DNA of 32,000 nt from Candidatus Methylomirabilis oxygeniifera (GCA_000091165.1 FP565575.1:2370001-2402000); one strand, 5' to 3'; numbered from the stretch's first letter, positions 1 through 9,900 are shown. A program made the numbers and translations. Notes: generated from the sequence alone by a model not told the origin.

Positions 1-1619
1 CGCGCCTGCTCGTCCTCCAACCGATCCAGCAGCAGCCGTAACGGATCGCGCCCTTCGCCGAGTAGCCGCTCAGCCTGTTGAATGACGCGTAGAGGCAACC
101 CAACCCGAGAGGCAATCGCCAAGCCATGGCTGCGACCGGAAAGCCCAATTAATAATTTATACAGCGGTCTCAGGGTGTCAAGATCGAACTCCACGCAGCC
201 GTTTTCGATTCGAGGGTGCGAATAGGCATAGGCCTTGATGGCGTCCAGGTGCGTTGTCGCCACGACCAGCGCGCCACGCTCCAGCAGCGCGTCAAGAATG
301 GCGATTCCCAAGCATGCCCCTTCGACCGGGTCGGTGCCGGCGCCAAGCTCATCGAGCAATACCAGGGTTCCGGGTTGCGCCGCGTCGAGGATGCGCCGAA
401 TCTGACCGATATGGGAGGAAAAGGTGCTCAGACTTTGCTCGATACTCTGTTCATCTCCGATATCCGCCAGGACGCCGCTGAAAAAGGGGACCTCGGAGTC
501 CGGAGAGGCCGGCAGATGTAGGCCGGCCTGCGCCATCAGGGAGAGCAGGCCGGCAGTCTTCAAGGCGACCGTCTTGCCGCCGGTATTCGGTCCGGTGATG
601 AGCAGCGCGTCAAAGCTATCGCCCAGACGCAGGTCGATCGGGATGGTTCGGTGTATCCCGGCCGCGTCGATCCGCTCCAGTAAGAGCGGGTGGCCGGCCT
701 CCCGCAGCAGCAGCGGACCAGCCTCCTTCAAGGCGACGGGGGCGCAGTGCAGCGTATCGGCAAATCGGGCAGCGGCACATCGGACGTCCAGCTCGGCCGC
801 GAGAAGCATCGTTGAGAGCACCGCATCGGCTGTTGCACGGAGAGTAGCGGTCAGCGCGGCCAGCACCCTTCTGATCTCCTCCTCTTCAGACCGCTGCAAC
901 AACCGCAACTGATTATTAAGCTCGACAACCTCCTGGGGCTCCAGGAAGATGGTGACACCGCTGATGGACCGGTCCTGGACCACACCTTTCAGAACGGTCC
1001 GATAGTTCGGTTTGACGGGGATCACGTACCGGTCGTTTCGAAGTGTCACAAGCGATTCAGTGATATAGGGCTGGAGGGTAGGAGTCATCAACAGGGACTG
1101 CAATCGCGCATGGATCAGGTTGCGGAGCTGATGGAGACCAATCCGAAGCTGGTTGAGTCGTTGGCTGGCGGTATCCTTCACCTCTCCATCGGCTTCGATC
1201 GTTGCGTGAATCTCCCCTATCAGGTCGGTATGATCATCCAGCCGGGAGACGATCGCATGAAGCCGTGGACACCGCTCCCTGGAGCGGACGATGGTGTGGC
1301 GGATCGCCGCCGCCGTTTCCAGTGATGTGACGATCCTGACGAAATCGATTGCCGCGAGTACGGCCCCTTCTGGTCGAGATCGTTGAACCGACTCTCTGAT
1401 GTCATGCAGTTGGTCAAACGGCAGTGCGACTTCCCTGGCCAGCAGCACCCGGAACTCCTCAATCTCGTTCCGGACCTTCTGTGCGTCCTCAAGCGTGGGC
1501 AGGGGATGAATCGCGTGCGCCAACTCTCTTCCAAGCGGCGATCCGGCCCGGGCGGCCACTCTCGCCTGGATGGCAGGCCATTCCAGGACCTCGAGGGTGT
1601 GCTGGTCGATCCGATTCAT
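1..1619 (-). CDS. mutS2: Endonuclease MutS2 / MutS-family ATPase, N-terminal part (C-terminus beyond the window edge)
   Basis: Open minus-strand frame not listed in the ORF track because it leaves the window. It starts ATG at 1619 (MNRIDQHTLEVLEWPAIQ...) and contains the Walker A ITGPNTGGKTVALKTAGLL and the downstream LVLLDELGAGTDPVEG motif of MutS2. Confidence 0.93.
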   Translation of the reverse strand, partial: MNRIDQHTLEVLEWPAIQARVAARAGSPLGRELAHAIHPLPTLEDAQKVRNEIEEFRVLLAREVALPFDQLHDIRESVQRSRPEGAVLAAIDFVRIVTSLETAAAIRHTIVRSRERCPRLHAIVSRLDDHTDLIGEIHATIEADGEVKDTASQRLNQLRIGLHQLRNLIHARLQSLLMTPTLQPYITESLVTLRNDRYVIPVKPNYRTVLKGVVQDRSISGVTIFLEPQEVVELNNQLRLLQRSEEEEIRRVLAALTATLRATADAVLSTMLLAAELDVRCAAARFADTLHCAPVALKEAGPLLLREAGHPLLLERIDAAGIHRTIPIDLRLGDSFDALLITGPNTGGKTVALKTAGLLSLMAQAGLHLPASPDSEVPFFSGVLADIGDEQSIEQSLSTFSSHIGQIRRILDAAQPGTLVLLDELGAGTDPVEGACLGIAILDALLERGALVVATTHLDAIKAYAYSHPRIENGCVEFDLDTLRPLYKLLIGLSGRSHGLAIASRVGLPLRVIQQAERLLGEGRDPLRLLLDRLEDEQA

Positions 1620-1673
1620 CTGATACAAGGGCCTCCGAATACCATGGTACGGTGCGGACACGCTATAAACGCA

Positions 1674-1699
1674 CAGGGGACTCGGTTTCGAGTCCCCTG
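1674..1699. repeat. Perfect 11-bp inverted repeat (hairpin) between mutS2 and yqeY
   Basis: CAGGGGACTCG - GTTT - CGAGTCCCCTG. A second C-run/G-run hairpin (CCCCC...CGGGGG) follows at about 1711-1731. The stem is perfect but has no U-tract. Confidence 0.6.
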
Positions 1700-1756
1700 A
1701 ACGGCCCACCCCCCCCAATACGGGGGTACACGTATAATGAGACAATAGCGCGGTCA

Positions 1757-2209
1757 TTACCGCCGTGATAATGCGTCCTTCACCATCTGACTGGCCACCT
1801 TCCCATCAGCCCGGCCTGAGATCTCCGGCATCAGGAGCGCCATGACTTTACCCATGTCCTTGAGGGAGCTCGCCTGCGCCGTGACGAGCGCGTCCTCTAT
1901 TTTCGTTCGAAGCTCTTCCGGAGAGAGCGGCGGAGGCAGGTACAACTCAAGGATCTTCAGCTCGGCCTCCTCTTTTGCGGCCAGATCATCGCGTCCCCCC
2001 TTTGTATACTGCTCGACGGCCTCTTTTCGGAGCTTGCACGAGACAATCACTGCCTGGATGATTTCAGAGTTGTCTAACTCACCCCGCTTTTCTATCTCCC
2101 TGTTCTTGATGAGGGCAAGAAGCAGCCGAAGCACCGACGTCCTCAACCGATCCCCACTCTTGAGGGCCGCCTTGAGGTCTTCGGCCAATCGCGCCTTTGA
2201 AACGCTCAC
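1757..2209 (-). CDS. yqeY: GatB/YqeY-domain protein
   Basis: 150 aa. LAEDLKAALKSGDRLRTSVLRLLLALIKN...YLPPPLSPEEL...GKVMALLMPEISGRADGKVASQMVKDAL is typical of the YqeY family. It lies directly downstream of rpsU. Confidence 0.9.
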   Translation of the reverse strand: MSVSKARLAEDLKAALKSGDRLRTSVLRLLLALIKNREIEKRGELDNSEIIQAVIVSCKLRKEAVEQYTKGGRDDLAAKEEAELKILELYLPPPLSPEELRTKIEDALVTAQASSLKDMGKVMALLMPEISGRADGKVASQMVKDALSRR

Positions 2210-2215
2210 GTTGTT

Positions 2216-2413
2216 CTACTCTACAGCGAAGCCGACGCGCTTCAAGGCCTTCTTCCTGGCGGCTATCGATTTTTTCTTGCGGCGGACACTGGGCTTCTCG
2301 TAATGCTCACGCTTACGGAGCTCTGTCAGGACTCCAGTCCTCTCGCACAGTTTCTTGAAACGGCGGAGAGCAACCTCGAACGGCTCGTTCTCCTTGACCG
2401 TCACACTCGCCAT
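2216..2413 (-). CDS. rpsU: 30S ribosomal protein S21
   Basis: [59 protein letters not shown]. The ORF track extends 3 codons further upstream, to 2422. Confidence 0.95.
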   Translation of the reverse strand: MASVTVKENEPFEVALRRFKKLCERTGVLTELRKREHYEKPSVRRKKKSIAARKKALKRVGFAVE

Positions 2414-2557
2414 CCCCTTCACACCCCCTTATCAATAGCGATGAGATGATCTACGGCTTGACATACGGCTCTGCGGACATCTGAGGCTACCCGTCATAAT
2501 CGCATCGTTTGCCTCTGTATGTCAATATTTTTACCGGAGCGGCTCCTTTGACTTTCG

Positions 2558-3157
2558 CTATTCTCGAACGATGGTCACTTTGATCATTTTCACATCTTCG
2601 CGCGGTCGATCATTGCCGTCGCGGGGAACGTTGCTAATAGCGATGGCCACATCAAGACCTTCTACGATTTCACCGAAGACTGAGTGCTTGCCGTCAAGAA
2701 ACGGAGTGGGCGCAACGGTGAGAAAAAATTGACTGCCGTTGGTGCCTGGGCCCGCGTTAGCCATAGAGAGCATTCCAGGTTTAGAATGGTTGAGTTCTCT
2801 GTGAAACTCGTCGTCAAAACGATAGCCGGGACCACCGCGGCCTGTACCCGTGGGGTCGCCACCCTGAATCATGAATTTGGGAATAACACGGTGAAAAATA
2901 AGCCCATCAAAGTAATGGGATTTTCCCTTTTTCCCAGTGTAAGGATCGGTCCATTCTCTCTTTCCCTCAGCAAGCTCGGTGAAATTGGCTACCGTCTTTG
3001 GGGCTTCTTTCTCGAATAGTTTGATTTTGATCTTGCCTTTTGTGGTGTCCATTATCGCGTACAACACTTTGTCTCCTTGTTTTTGTTCTGTTTTGGCGTA
3101 GCCAATTGTTGGAATTGCCAGACTCAATAGAATAGATGCGATGAATACGCGAACCAT
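2558..3157 (-). CDS. Secreted peptidyl-prolyl cis-trans isomerase, cyclophilin type
   Basis: Signal peptide MVRVFIASILLSLAIPTIGYA, then TTKGKIKIKLFEKEAPKTVANF, FHRVIPKFMIQGGDPTGTGRGGPGYRFDDEF and GTNGSQFFLT cyclophilin motifs. The tracked ORF start (3256) lies inside upstream remnant sequence, and the ATG at 3157 after AAAGGAG fits better. Confidence 0.93.
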   Translation of the reverse strand: MVRVFIASILLSLAIPTIGYAKTEQKQGDKVLYAIMDTTKGKIKIKLFEKEAPKTVANFTELAEGKREWTDPYTGKKGKSHYFDGLIFHRVIPKFMIQGGDPTGTGRGGPGYRFDDEFHRELNHSKPGMLSMANAGPGTNGSQFFLTVAPTPFLDGKHSVFGEIVEGLDVAIAISNVPRDGNDRPREDVKMIKVTIVRE

Positions 3158-3179
3158 ATCTTGCTCTCCTTTATTATTC

Positions 3180-3388
3180 TCAGTAGGGTGACCAACGTGC
3201 TTTGTAATAATTTGCTCGATCAACGGTGAGACGTCTCTCGCCGGTGCCGTCGACATTTATAATGAAAGCATCAAAGCGGGTGTGGTCTCGCCCGGCAAAG
3301 GCTATTTTTTGCCGTCCGGGGACCACGCAGGGCTCGCGCCGAATTTTCCAGCGAAGGTTAGGCGTGTTATGTCTGAATCGTACTTCAC
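3180..3388 (-). pseudogene. Frameshifted, truncated TolB/PD40-like beta-propeller fragment
   Basis: The minus strand reads (GTG)KYDSDITRLTFAGKFGASPAWSPDGKK*, then continues in a shifted frame as IAFAGRDHTRFDAFIINVDGTGERRLTVDRANYYKARWSPY*. The two pieces join into a typical TolB WSPDGKKIAF...NVDGTGERRLT repeat if one A is added to the A6 run. A GGAGG lies upstream of the GTG. Confidence 0.7.
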
Positions 3389-3428
3389 ATTGTATTCCTC
3401 CTGTTAGAGTAAACGTTGTAGTGGTGGG

Positions 3429-4064
3429 TTACGGCGCGCGTCTGACCTCGAACTCGAACAGCAGCAGTTGCTCGGCCGAGCCGACATAGAACGAGCCAAC
3501 CTCAAGGATGACGGCTTTGGCTTTCGGATCAGCCGGCGGGAAAAGAAGCAGGCCCTCCCGATCGATCTTCGGAGGCACAACCAGGAACTTGGTCAGCATC
3601 GTCTCCTCTAATGTTCGCAATGCCAATGCCGACTCACGTTGCTCGGAAAAGAGGGGGTACAACTCGTCATAGGAGAGCGCCGGCGTGCGATGGTCCTGCT
3701 GATCCACCAACACGGCTTGGCCCGGATCGAAACTGACGCGTTCTCGGCCTACATTTTGAATTCGGAGAACAAAAGCGAGCAGGCCTTTGGTTTTCCACGG
3801 GAATATTTTTAGCGGGTTCAGTAGTGTTGATCGCCTGGCGTAGTAGGCGTCGAGGCCTTTTTCCGTCAGAGGCTCAACAGTGACGGTTGCCCCAGGAAGG
3901 GTCGCGATGATCAGGTCGCCCTGGGTCCGCAAGGTGGGCAGACGCTGCGGTCCGGGCCGTAGTCCCGACTCGCCGCTGCCTCCTGAGGCGCACGCGGCCA
4001 GCGACACCACGATCAGGAGAGAAAAAAAGCGGGCCATAGGCCCGCTGAGATATAAGGGTTTCAC
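3429..4064 (-). CDS. Putative lipoprotein of unknown function
   Basis: Internal start MARFFSLLIVVSLAACASGG gives a lipobox (LAAC). No recognised domain. The tracked ORF spans 3429..4064. Confidence 0.6.
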   Translation of the reverse strand: MKPLYLSGPMARFFSLLIVVSLAACASGGSGESGLRPGPQRLPTLRTQGDLIIATLPGATVTVEPLTEKGLDAYYARRSTLLNPLKIFPWKTKGLLAFVLRIQNVGRERVSFDPGQAVLVDQQDHRTPALSYDELYPLFSEQRESALALRTLEETMLTKFLVVPPKIDREGLLLFPPADPKAKAVILEVGSFYVGSAEQLLLFEFEVRRAP

Positions 4065-4088
4065 GTGCGACCGTACAGTTGAACCGCC

Positions 4089-4940
4089 TCAGACCACAAG
4101 CGCTCGCAGGCGCGCAATGCGTTCCTCAATGGGCGGGTGGGTGGAGAAGAGCTTGAACAGTACGTCCCCCCGAAGTGGGTTCACGATAAACAGGTGCGAG
4201 GTGGCTGGGTTGGCCTCCATCGGCAGACGGGTGGCGCCCACCTCAAGCGACTGAAGGGCTGAGGCCAAGGCGTACGGCTTGTGGGTCAGTCGGGCGGCCG
4301 ATTCGTCGGCATGGAACTCACGGGACCGCGAGATCGCCAATTGGATGAGGGTCGCTGCGATAGGAGCCAGAATAGCCAGGAACAGAAATCCCAGCGCGCC
4401 GCCTCCACGATCTTCGCTGTCGCGGCTTCCACCGCCGCTAAAGTACGGCATCCACATCGCCATCCTGGCCAGCATCACAATCACGCCGGCGATCGTCGCC
4501 GCGATGGTACTGATCAACGTATCGCGATTCCGCACGTGGGATAGCTCATGGGCCATCACTCCCTCCAGTTCCTCCTCATTAAGAATTCGCAGGATTCCGT
4601 GGGTGGCCGCGACGGCTGCATGTTCCGGGTCCCGTCCGGTCGCAAAGGCGTTCGGAGCCTCAGAAGGAATGATGTAGATACGGGGCATCGGCATTTGGGC
4701 TCTCAGCGCCAGCCCCTGGACAACTCTGTACAGTCCGGGCGCTTCAGCCTCTCCGACAGGCTGGGCTCTGTACATCGCCAGGACAATCCGGTCCGAGAAC
4801 CAATAGCTTCCGAAGTTCATCAGGAAGGCCATGACGAAGGCCACGCTCATCCCCTGACTCCCGCCGAAGTAGCCTCCGATCAGGATCAGCAGGCCGGTCA
4901 GCAGGCCCAACAAGGCTGTAGTTTTCACTGTGTTATTCAT
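4089..4940 (-). CDS. htpX: Membrane zinc metalloprotease, HtpX family (M48)
   Basis: HELSH zinc motif ([21 protein letters not shown]), [12 protein letters not shown], the [13 protein letters not shown] second motif, and N-terminal TM segments. Confidence 0.95.
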   Translation of the reverse strand: MNNTVKTTALLGLLTGLLILIGGYFGGSQGMSVAFVMAFLMNFGSYWFSDRIVLAMYRAQPVGEAEAPGLYRVVQGLALRAQMPMPRIYIIPSEAPNAFATGRDPEHAAVAATHGILRILNEEELEGVMAHELSHVRNRDTLISTIAATIAGVIVMLARMAMWMPYFSGGGSRDSEDRGGGALGFLFLAILAPIAATLIQLAISRSREFHADESAARLTHKPYALASALQSLEVGATRLPMEANPATSHLFIVNPLRGDVLFKLFSTHPPIEERIARLRALVV

Positions 4941-5048
4941 GTTCCTTCACCCTCCTCGATTCAACGCGGAAACACGATCATTCCGCGCTGCTATCGTGTT
5001 CTTCCTATACAGTAGTGCAGCCCTTCCGGTGTGTCAAGGACAACCGGT

Positions 5049-5432
5049 TCAGGGGTGGACCCTGCGGAGCAGTCCGCGTCTTTTGACCGGCACAAGCCCC
5101 TCCTCCTCGCGCCCCTCCCACTGTTTCATCTCGGCATCGAATTGTTCGGCCATGGCCCGCAACAGTTCATTCATCTGGCGCTGCATCCGTTCCATCCGGT
5201 CTCGCATGTTCAGGATAACTTCAACCCCAGCCAGATTGACACCGAGTTCCTTAGTCAGCCGCAGGATCAACTCAACCCGCTCCACATCCTCTTGCGAATA
5301 GACCCGCGTATTGCCCTCGGAGCGGGCCGGCCGGAGGAGGCCTTCCCGCTCATAGACCCGGAGAGTCTGTGGGTGGATATCGAACATCTCGGCTACGACG
5401 CTGATCGAATATCGACGCCGCCGCTGTCCCAC
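5049..5432 (-). CDS. hspR: MerR-family heat-shock regulator HspR
   Basis: YSISVVAEMFDIHPQTLRVYEREGLLRPARSEGNTRVYSQEDVERV. It lies directly downstream of dnaJ. Confidence 0.88.
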   Translation of the reverse strand: MGQRRRRYSISVVAEMFDIHPQTLRVYEREGLLRPARSEGNTRVYSQEDVERVELILRLTKELGVNLAGVEVILNMRDRMERMQRQMNELLRAMAEQFDAEMKQWEGREEEGLVPVKRRGLLRRVHP

Positions 5433-5480
5433 CTGTGTCCCCCTTTCAGTTCTCCTGTACCAACGAGCAGGTGCAGATAG

Positions 5481-6593
5481 TTACTTCCAGATTGTGCGCC
5501 TCGGATCCTCAGGATGCAGGCGTCCCAGCTCCCGGAACAGCTCTTGCGATCGCGCATCGAGGTTTCGCGGCAGCACAATCTTGATCGTGACGAACTGATC
5601 GCCCCGTCCCGTCCCCTTCAAGTGGGGTACCCCCATGGCGCGGAGTCGAAAGACCTGCCCACTGTTTGTCTCCGGGGGGATTCGCATCGAGGCCTTCCCG
5701 TCTACCGTGAGGACCTCGACCTTGGCCCCGAGTGCAGCCTCAGTCACGGAAATCGGCACCTCGCAGTAGATATTATCCCCCTTCCGTTCGAAAAAGGGGT
5801 GAGGGCGGACGCGGGTGACGATGTATAAGTCCCCGGATGCCCCCCCTAGTTGTCCCAGATGGCCTTTTCCCTGGACCCTGACGTTCGACCCATTTTCCAC
5901 GCCTGGCGGGATCTTCACGGCGATTCGTTCGGCCTTGAGCACCGTCCCTACGCCATCACAGGAGCTGCACAGGGATGAGGGCAGCTTCCCGGTCCCACGG
6001 CATCTGGCGCACGCCTGATGTCCGCCAAAGAGTCCCGGCTTCCCTCGCACCCGTCCACTGCCTCCACAGGCAGAACAGGCGCGCAACTGGCCCCCCGTCC
6101 CGGCCCCCGTACCTGAGCAGGAGGAGCAAGGGACGCGCCGCTGGAGACCGACCTCCGTGGAAAGGCCCCGGACCGCATCCTCAAACTTCAGATCAACGGT
6201 GTAATGGAGATCCTCGCCCTTTGATGGCCCGGTCTGGGCCTCATGCCCATGTCGGCCAAGGAGATCAGTGAAGAGATCTTGTATCCCACCCGGGCCTCCA
6301 AGGTCAAACCGGCTGAAGTCGAACCCACCCGGCCCGGCTCCAGGCTGCTGACCCGTCTCAGCCCCTGGGCCAAATGGCTGGTGCCCGAACTGGTCATACT
6401 GCCGACGCTTGGCCGGGTCACTCAAGACCTCATACGCCTCGGCGATCTCTTTGAACTTCGCCTCGGCCGCTTTGTTGTTGGGATTGACATCAGGATGGTA
6501 CTTCCTGGCCAGTCGCCGGTAGGCCTGTTTGATCTCCTTGTCCGACGTGCCCCTGCGAACGCCAAGGACCTCGTAGTAGTCGCGCTTATTCAT
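5481..6593 (-). CDS. dnaJ: Chaperone DnaJ
   Basis: J-domain with HPD (YHPDVNP), G/F region, four CxxCxGxG zinc motifs and a C-terminal domain. Confidence 0.97.
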   Translation of the reverse strand: MNKRDYYEVLGVRRGTSDKEIKQAYRRLARKYHPDVNPNNKAAEAKFKEIAEAYEVLSDPAKRRQYDQFGHQPFGPGAETGQQPGAGPGGFDFSRFDLGGPGGIQDLFTDLLGRHGHEAQTGPSKGEDLHYTVDLKFEDAVRGLSTEVGLQRRVPCSSCSGTGAGTGGQLRACSACGGSGRVRGKPGLFGGHQACARCRGTGKLPSSLCSSCDGVGTVLKAERIAVKIPPGVENGSNVRVQGKGHLGQLGGASGDLYIVTRVRPHPFFERKGDNIYCEVPISVTEAALGAKVEVLTVDGKASMRIPPETNSGQVFRLRAMGVPHLKGTGRGDQFVTIKIVLPRNLDARSQELFRELGRLHPEDPRRTIWK

Positions 6594-6620
6594 ACCTGCA
6601 CTTGTAACTACTTAGGCGTT

Positions 6621-6703
6621 TAGACTGAAGGCTGAAGGCTATGTATGCCAGACGTGTATGATCACGTATGACATACCCCTAGCAACCTTCAGCCTTCAGT
6701 CTA
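6621..6703. repeat. Heptamer-periodic inverted element A (18-bp perfect stem)
   Basis: TAGACTGAAGGCTGAAGG (6621-6638) and CCTTCAGCCTTCAGTCTA (6686-6703) are exact reverse complements, and the arms are built from GCTGAAG units. It sits between the hsp20 stop and the dnaJ start. Confidence 0.9.
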
Positions 6704-6732
6704 TCCACCTTGTAGCTACCTTTTAGGCCCTA

Positions 6733-7194
6733 TTACTTTACGTCAATCTTCACTTGCTTCGGCTTAGCTTCTTCCGCTTTTGGCATGGTGACTTCCAGCA
6801 CGCCGTCCTTGAACACTGCCTTGATCTTGTCCTGCTGGACGACGGTGGGCAGGTTGAAGGCACGCTGAAACGCCCCGTATGAGCGCTCGATCCGAAGGTA
6901 ATTTTCCTCCTTGACCTCGCGCTCGAACTTCCGCTCGCCCTTCAGCATCAGGGTGTTGTCCTGTACCTGAATATCGATGTTGTCCCGGCTTACCCCTGGC
7001 AGCTCCGCCTTCATGACGATGCTGTCGGAGGTCTCGAAGATATCCACGGCGGGTGACCACATGGAGGCAGTCAACCCCTCCTCATCATCCATACGGGTTC
7101 GGGACAGCGCCTGATCGAACAGGCGGTTCATCCGCTCCTGAAGCGTTGTGACATCGCGGAAGGGATCCCATCGAACAATCGCCATCTGCGTCAC
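6733..7194 (-). CDS. Small heat-shock protein, Hsp20 / alpha-crystallin family
   Basis: WDPFRDVTTLQERMNRLFD...MKAELPGVSRDNIDIQVQDNTLMLKGERK...FQRAFNLPTVVQQDKIKAVFKDGVLEVTMPKAEEAKPKQVKI. Confidence 0.96.
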   Translation of the reverse strand: MTQMAIVRWDPFRDVTTLQERMNRLFDQALSRTRMDDEEGLTASMWSPAVDIFETSDSIVMKAELPGVSRDNIDIQVQDNTLMLKGERKFEREVKEENYLRIERSYGAFQRAFNLPTVVQQDKIKAVFKDGVLEVTMPKAEEAKPKQVKIDVK

Positions 7195-7211
7195 CTCCTT
7201 TCTTCGGAAAT

Positions 7212-7296
7212 AGCCGTCAGCGATCAGCCGTCAGTCTCGGATAACGTGCAGGAGTCTAACGAAAAAGCCGATAGCTGACCGCTGAAAGCCGACTGC
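7212..7296. repeat. Heptamer-periodic imperfect inverted element B
   Basis: Left arm AGCCGTCAGCGATCAGCCGTCAGTC (from 7212) and right arm GCCGATAGCTGACCGCTGAAAGCCGACTGC (7267-7296) are imperfect inverted partners of 7-nt units. The element sits between dnaK and hsp20. Confidence 0.7.
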
Positions 7297-7299
7297 TTC

Positions 7300-9219
7300 T
7301 CACTTCCTATCACCTTTACCGCCGAGGTCCTCGAACTCGGCATCGACAACCCCACCTTCCGGCGCCCCCTGCGACGGCTCACTCTGAGTCTGTCCACCAG
7401 GGGCGGCCTGTTGCTTGCTCTGCGCCTGCTGATAGAGCAACTCGGCAAGCCGGTGGGAGGCCTTGGTAAGCTGATCAAGCGTCTCGCGTTGCTTATCTAC
7501 CTCTTCGCCCTTCAGGGCTTCCTTGGCTGAGTTAATGGCGGTTTCCAGGGCGCCCAGTTCGGCAATCGGCAGTTTTTCACGATTCTCGCTCAGCATCTTC
7601 TCGGTCTGATAGCACAGGCTGTCGAGCTGGTTCCGGACCTCGATCTCCTCGCGTCGTTTCTTATCTTCTTCGGCGCATCGGTCGGACTCTTTGACCATTC
7701 GCTCGATTTCGTCTTTGGTCAGTCCGGAGCTGGCAGTAATCGTGATCTTCTGCTCCTTGCTGGTGGCAAGGTCCTTCGCGGCAACATTGAGGATCCCATT
7801 GGCGTCGATGTCGAAGGCGACCTCGATCTGCGGAATGCCGCGCGGTGCCGGTGGGATCCCTACCAGGTGGAAACGGCCCAGTGTCCGGCTGTCCCTGGCC
7901 AGTTGCCGCTCCCCCTGGAGGACATGGATCTCCACGCTGGTCTGACTGTCGGCCGCCGTCGTGAAGAGTTCGCTCTTGCGGGTCGGGATGGTGGTGTTCC
8001 GTTCGATCAGTCGAGTCATCACCCCGCCCAAGGTTTCAATCCCCAGCGAAAGAGGTGTCACGTCCAGGAGGACGACGTCTTTGACGTCACCCACCAACAC
8101 GCCGGCCTGGATGGCTGCGCCGACCGCGACCACCTCATCCGGGTTGACCCCCTTATGCGGCTCCTTCCCAAAAAGCTCCCGCACAAGCATTTGAACCTTC
8201 GGCATCCTGGTCTGCCCGCCCACCAGCACGACCTCATCGATGCTGCTGGGATCGAGACCGGCGTCCTTTAAAGCCTGACGGCAGGGCCCGATGGACCGTT
8301 GGATCAGGTCCTCGACCAATTGTTCGAGCTTTGCCCTCGTGAGCTTGATGCTCAGGTGCTTCGGTCCGGAGGCGTCGGCCGTAATAAACGGCAGGTTGAT
8401 TTCGGTCTCCAGCACCGTGCTGAGCTCACATTTGGCCTTTTCCGCAGCCTCTTTCAGGCGCTGAAGCGCCATCCGGTCCTTCCGCAGATCAATCCCCTGA
8501 TCCTTCTTGAACTCATCCACCAGCCATGAGATGATCCGCTCGTCGAAGTCGTCGCCTCCGAGGTGGGTATCGCCGTTGGTAGATTTGACTTCAAAGACCC
8601 CTTCACCCAACTCCAGAATGGATACGTCAAATGTCCCTCCCCCCAGGTCGTAGACGGCGATCTTCTCGTCCTTCTTTTTGTCCAAGCCGTAGGCCAGCGA
8701 CGCCGCCGTCGGCTCGTTCACGATCCGGAGCACCTCCAGTCCGGCGATTTTGCCGGCGTCCTTAGTAGCCTGACGCTGCGAGTCATTAAAATAGGCCGGG
8801 ACGGTAATCACCGCCTGTGTAATCTTCTCTCCGAGATAGGCCTCGGCATCCGTCTTCATCTTCTGGAGGATCATGGCGGAAATCTCAGGCGGCGAATAAG
8901 ATTTCCCTCTTACCTCAACTGAGGCATCGCCATTGCCGGCCCGAATTACCTTGTACGGCACCAGCTTAATCTCCTGGCTGACCTCCTCATTGCGTCGACC
9001 CATGAAGCGCTTGATGGAAAAGATCGTGTTTTCAGGGTTGGTCGTTGCCTGCCGCTTGGCGACCTGACCGACTAGTCGCTCCCCCTCCTTCGAGAAGGCT
9101 ACCACCGATGGGGTCAATCGACCGCCCTCGGCATTGGGGACGACCACAGGGTCTCCGGCCTCCATGATAGCCATCACTGAATTGGTAGTTCCAAGATCAA
9201 TACCGAGAACTTTTGGCAC
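7300..9219 (-). CDS. dnaK: Chaperone DnaK (Hsp70)
   Basis: 639 aa. [82 protein letters not shown] start after AAGGAGG. Confidence 0.98.
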   Translation of the reverse strand: MPKVLGIDLGTTNSVMAIMEAGDPVVVPNAEGGRLTPSVVAFSKEGERLVGQVAKRQATTNPENTIFSIKRFMGRRNEEVSQEIKLVPYKVIRAGNGDASVEVRGKSYSPPEISAMILQKMKTDAEAYLGEKITQAVITVPAYFNDSQRQATKDAGKIAGLEVLRIVNEPTAASLAYGLDKKKDEKIAVYDLGGGTFDVSILELGEGVFEVKSTNGDTHLGGDDFDERIISWLVDEFKKDQGIDLRKDRMALQRLKEAAEKAKCELSTVLETEINLPFITADASGPKHLSIKLTRAKLEQLVEDLIQRSIGPCRQALKDAGLDPSSIDEVVLVGGQTRMPKVQMLVRELFGKEPHKGVNPDEVVAVGAAIQAGVLVGDVKDVVLLDVTPLSLGIETLGGVMTRLIERNTTIPTRKSELFTTAADSQTSVEIHVLQGERQLARDSRTLGRFHLVGIPPAPRGIPQIEVAFDIDANGILNVAAKDLATSKEQKITITASSGLTKDEIERMVKESDRCAEEDKKRREEIEVRNQLDSLCYQTEKMLSENREKLPIAELGALETAINSAKEALKGEEVDKQRETLDQLTKASHRLAELLYQQAQSKQQAAPGGQTQSEPSQGAPEGGVVDAEFEDLGGKGDRK

Positions 9220-9295
9220 CTCTTGTCCTCCTTATAAGAAATGTCTTCGTTAAGTTAACCAAGGATGAACCCGATCTTCAGTATTCTCACATCGA

Positions 9296-9324
9296 AAGAT
9301 AAAGCATTAGTCTATAACTGTCAA
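9296..9324 (-). promoter_or_regulatory. Candidate sigma70-type promoter for dnaK
   Basis: Minus strand: TTGACA (9324-9319), 17-nt spacer, TATCTT (9301-9296), upstream of the dnaK GTG. Confidence 0.5.
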
Positions 9325-9419
9325 GTATATTTAACAGATTTTATTTAGATTATAATCCCATTTCCCGGATGAGTCCATTCGGGAAATCCCTTGACCCACC
9401 CCACGGTGTAGGATAATGT

Positions 9420-9428
9420 TGCTATAAT
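9420..9428 (+). promoter_or_regulatory. Candidate extended -10 promoter for cutA
   Basis: TGCTATAAT (TGn + TATAAT), about 90 bp upstream of the cutA TTG start. Confidence 0.45.
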
Positions 9429-9516
9429 TGACTGTATCTACCGTAAAATACGCGGTTTAGCAGAGCCAAAAGACTTCAGGGGCGCTCCACTAAGGTCTTT
9501 ATTAGAGGAGGGCGGA

Positions 9517-9846
9517 TTGGAACCAAACTCTACACATATCGTCGTGTTCATTACGACAAGCTCCAAACAGGAGGCCGAGACGATCGGAAAAGCGCTGATC
9601 GAGTCGCGACTGGCGGCCTGCGTCAACATCATCTCGGCTGGCGTGCACTCCCTCTTTTGGTGGCAGGGAGTGATTGAACGGCAGGACGAAATGCTCATGT
9701 TGGTCAAGAGCCGAAGCGATCTTCTCCCGTCCATCATCGAGCTGGTTAAGGAGTTGCACTCTTACACGGTGCCGGAGGTGATCGCGCTGCCCATTGTTGC
9801 CGGATCCCCTGACTACCTTACCTGGGTGGATGAGTCGTTACGGTAA
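9517..9846 (+). CDS. cutA: Divalent cation tolerance protein CutA
   Basis: VVFITTSSKQEAETIGKALIESRLAACVNII...SLFWWQGVIERQDEMLMLVKSR...YTVPEVIALPI. TTG start preceded by GAGGAGG. Confidence 0.95.
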   Translation: MEPNSTHIVVFITTSSKQEAETIGKALIESRLAACVNIISAGVHSLFWWQGVIERQDEMLMLVKSRSDLLPSIIELVKELHSYTVPEVIALPIVAGSPDYLTWVDESLR

Positions 9847-9900
9847 AGCCTGTTGGACTCGTCGGCGGTCTCCCACCACAGTGACATCCTGTAAGAAACG

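Noticed and set aside
170-912. Plus-strand ORFs of 60-162 aa at the left edge
   Set aside because: They are shadows of the minus-strand MutS2 coding frame, which holds the Walker A and DELGAGTDP motifs.
1660-1700. GGGGACTCGGTTTCGAGTCCCC looked at first like a tRNA T-arm
   Set aside because: The stem is a simple 11-bp hairpin with a 4-nt GTTT loop. There is no 7-nt TTCRANY loop on a 5-bp stem, and no acceptor, D or anticodon arms fit around it.
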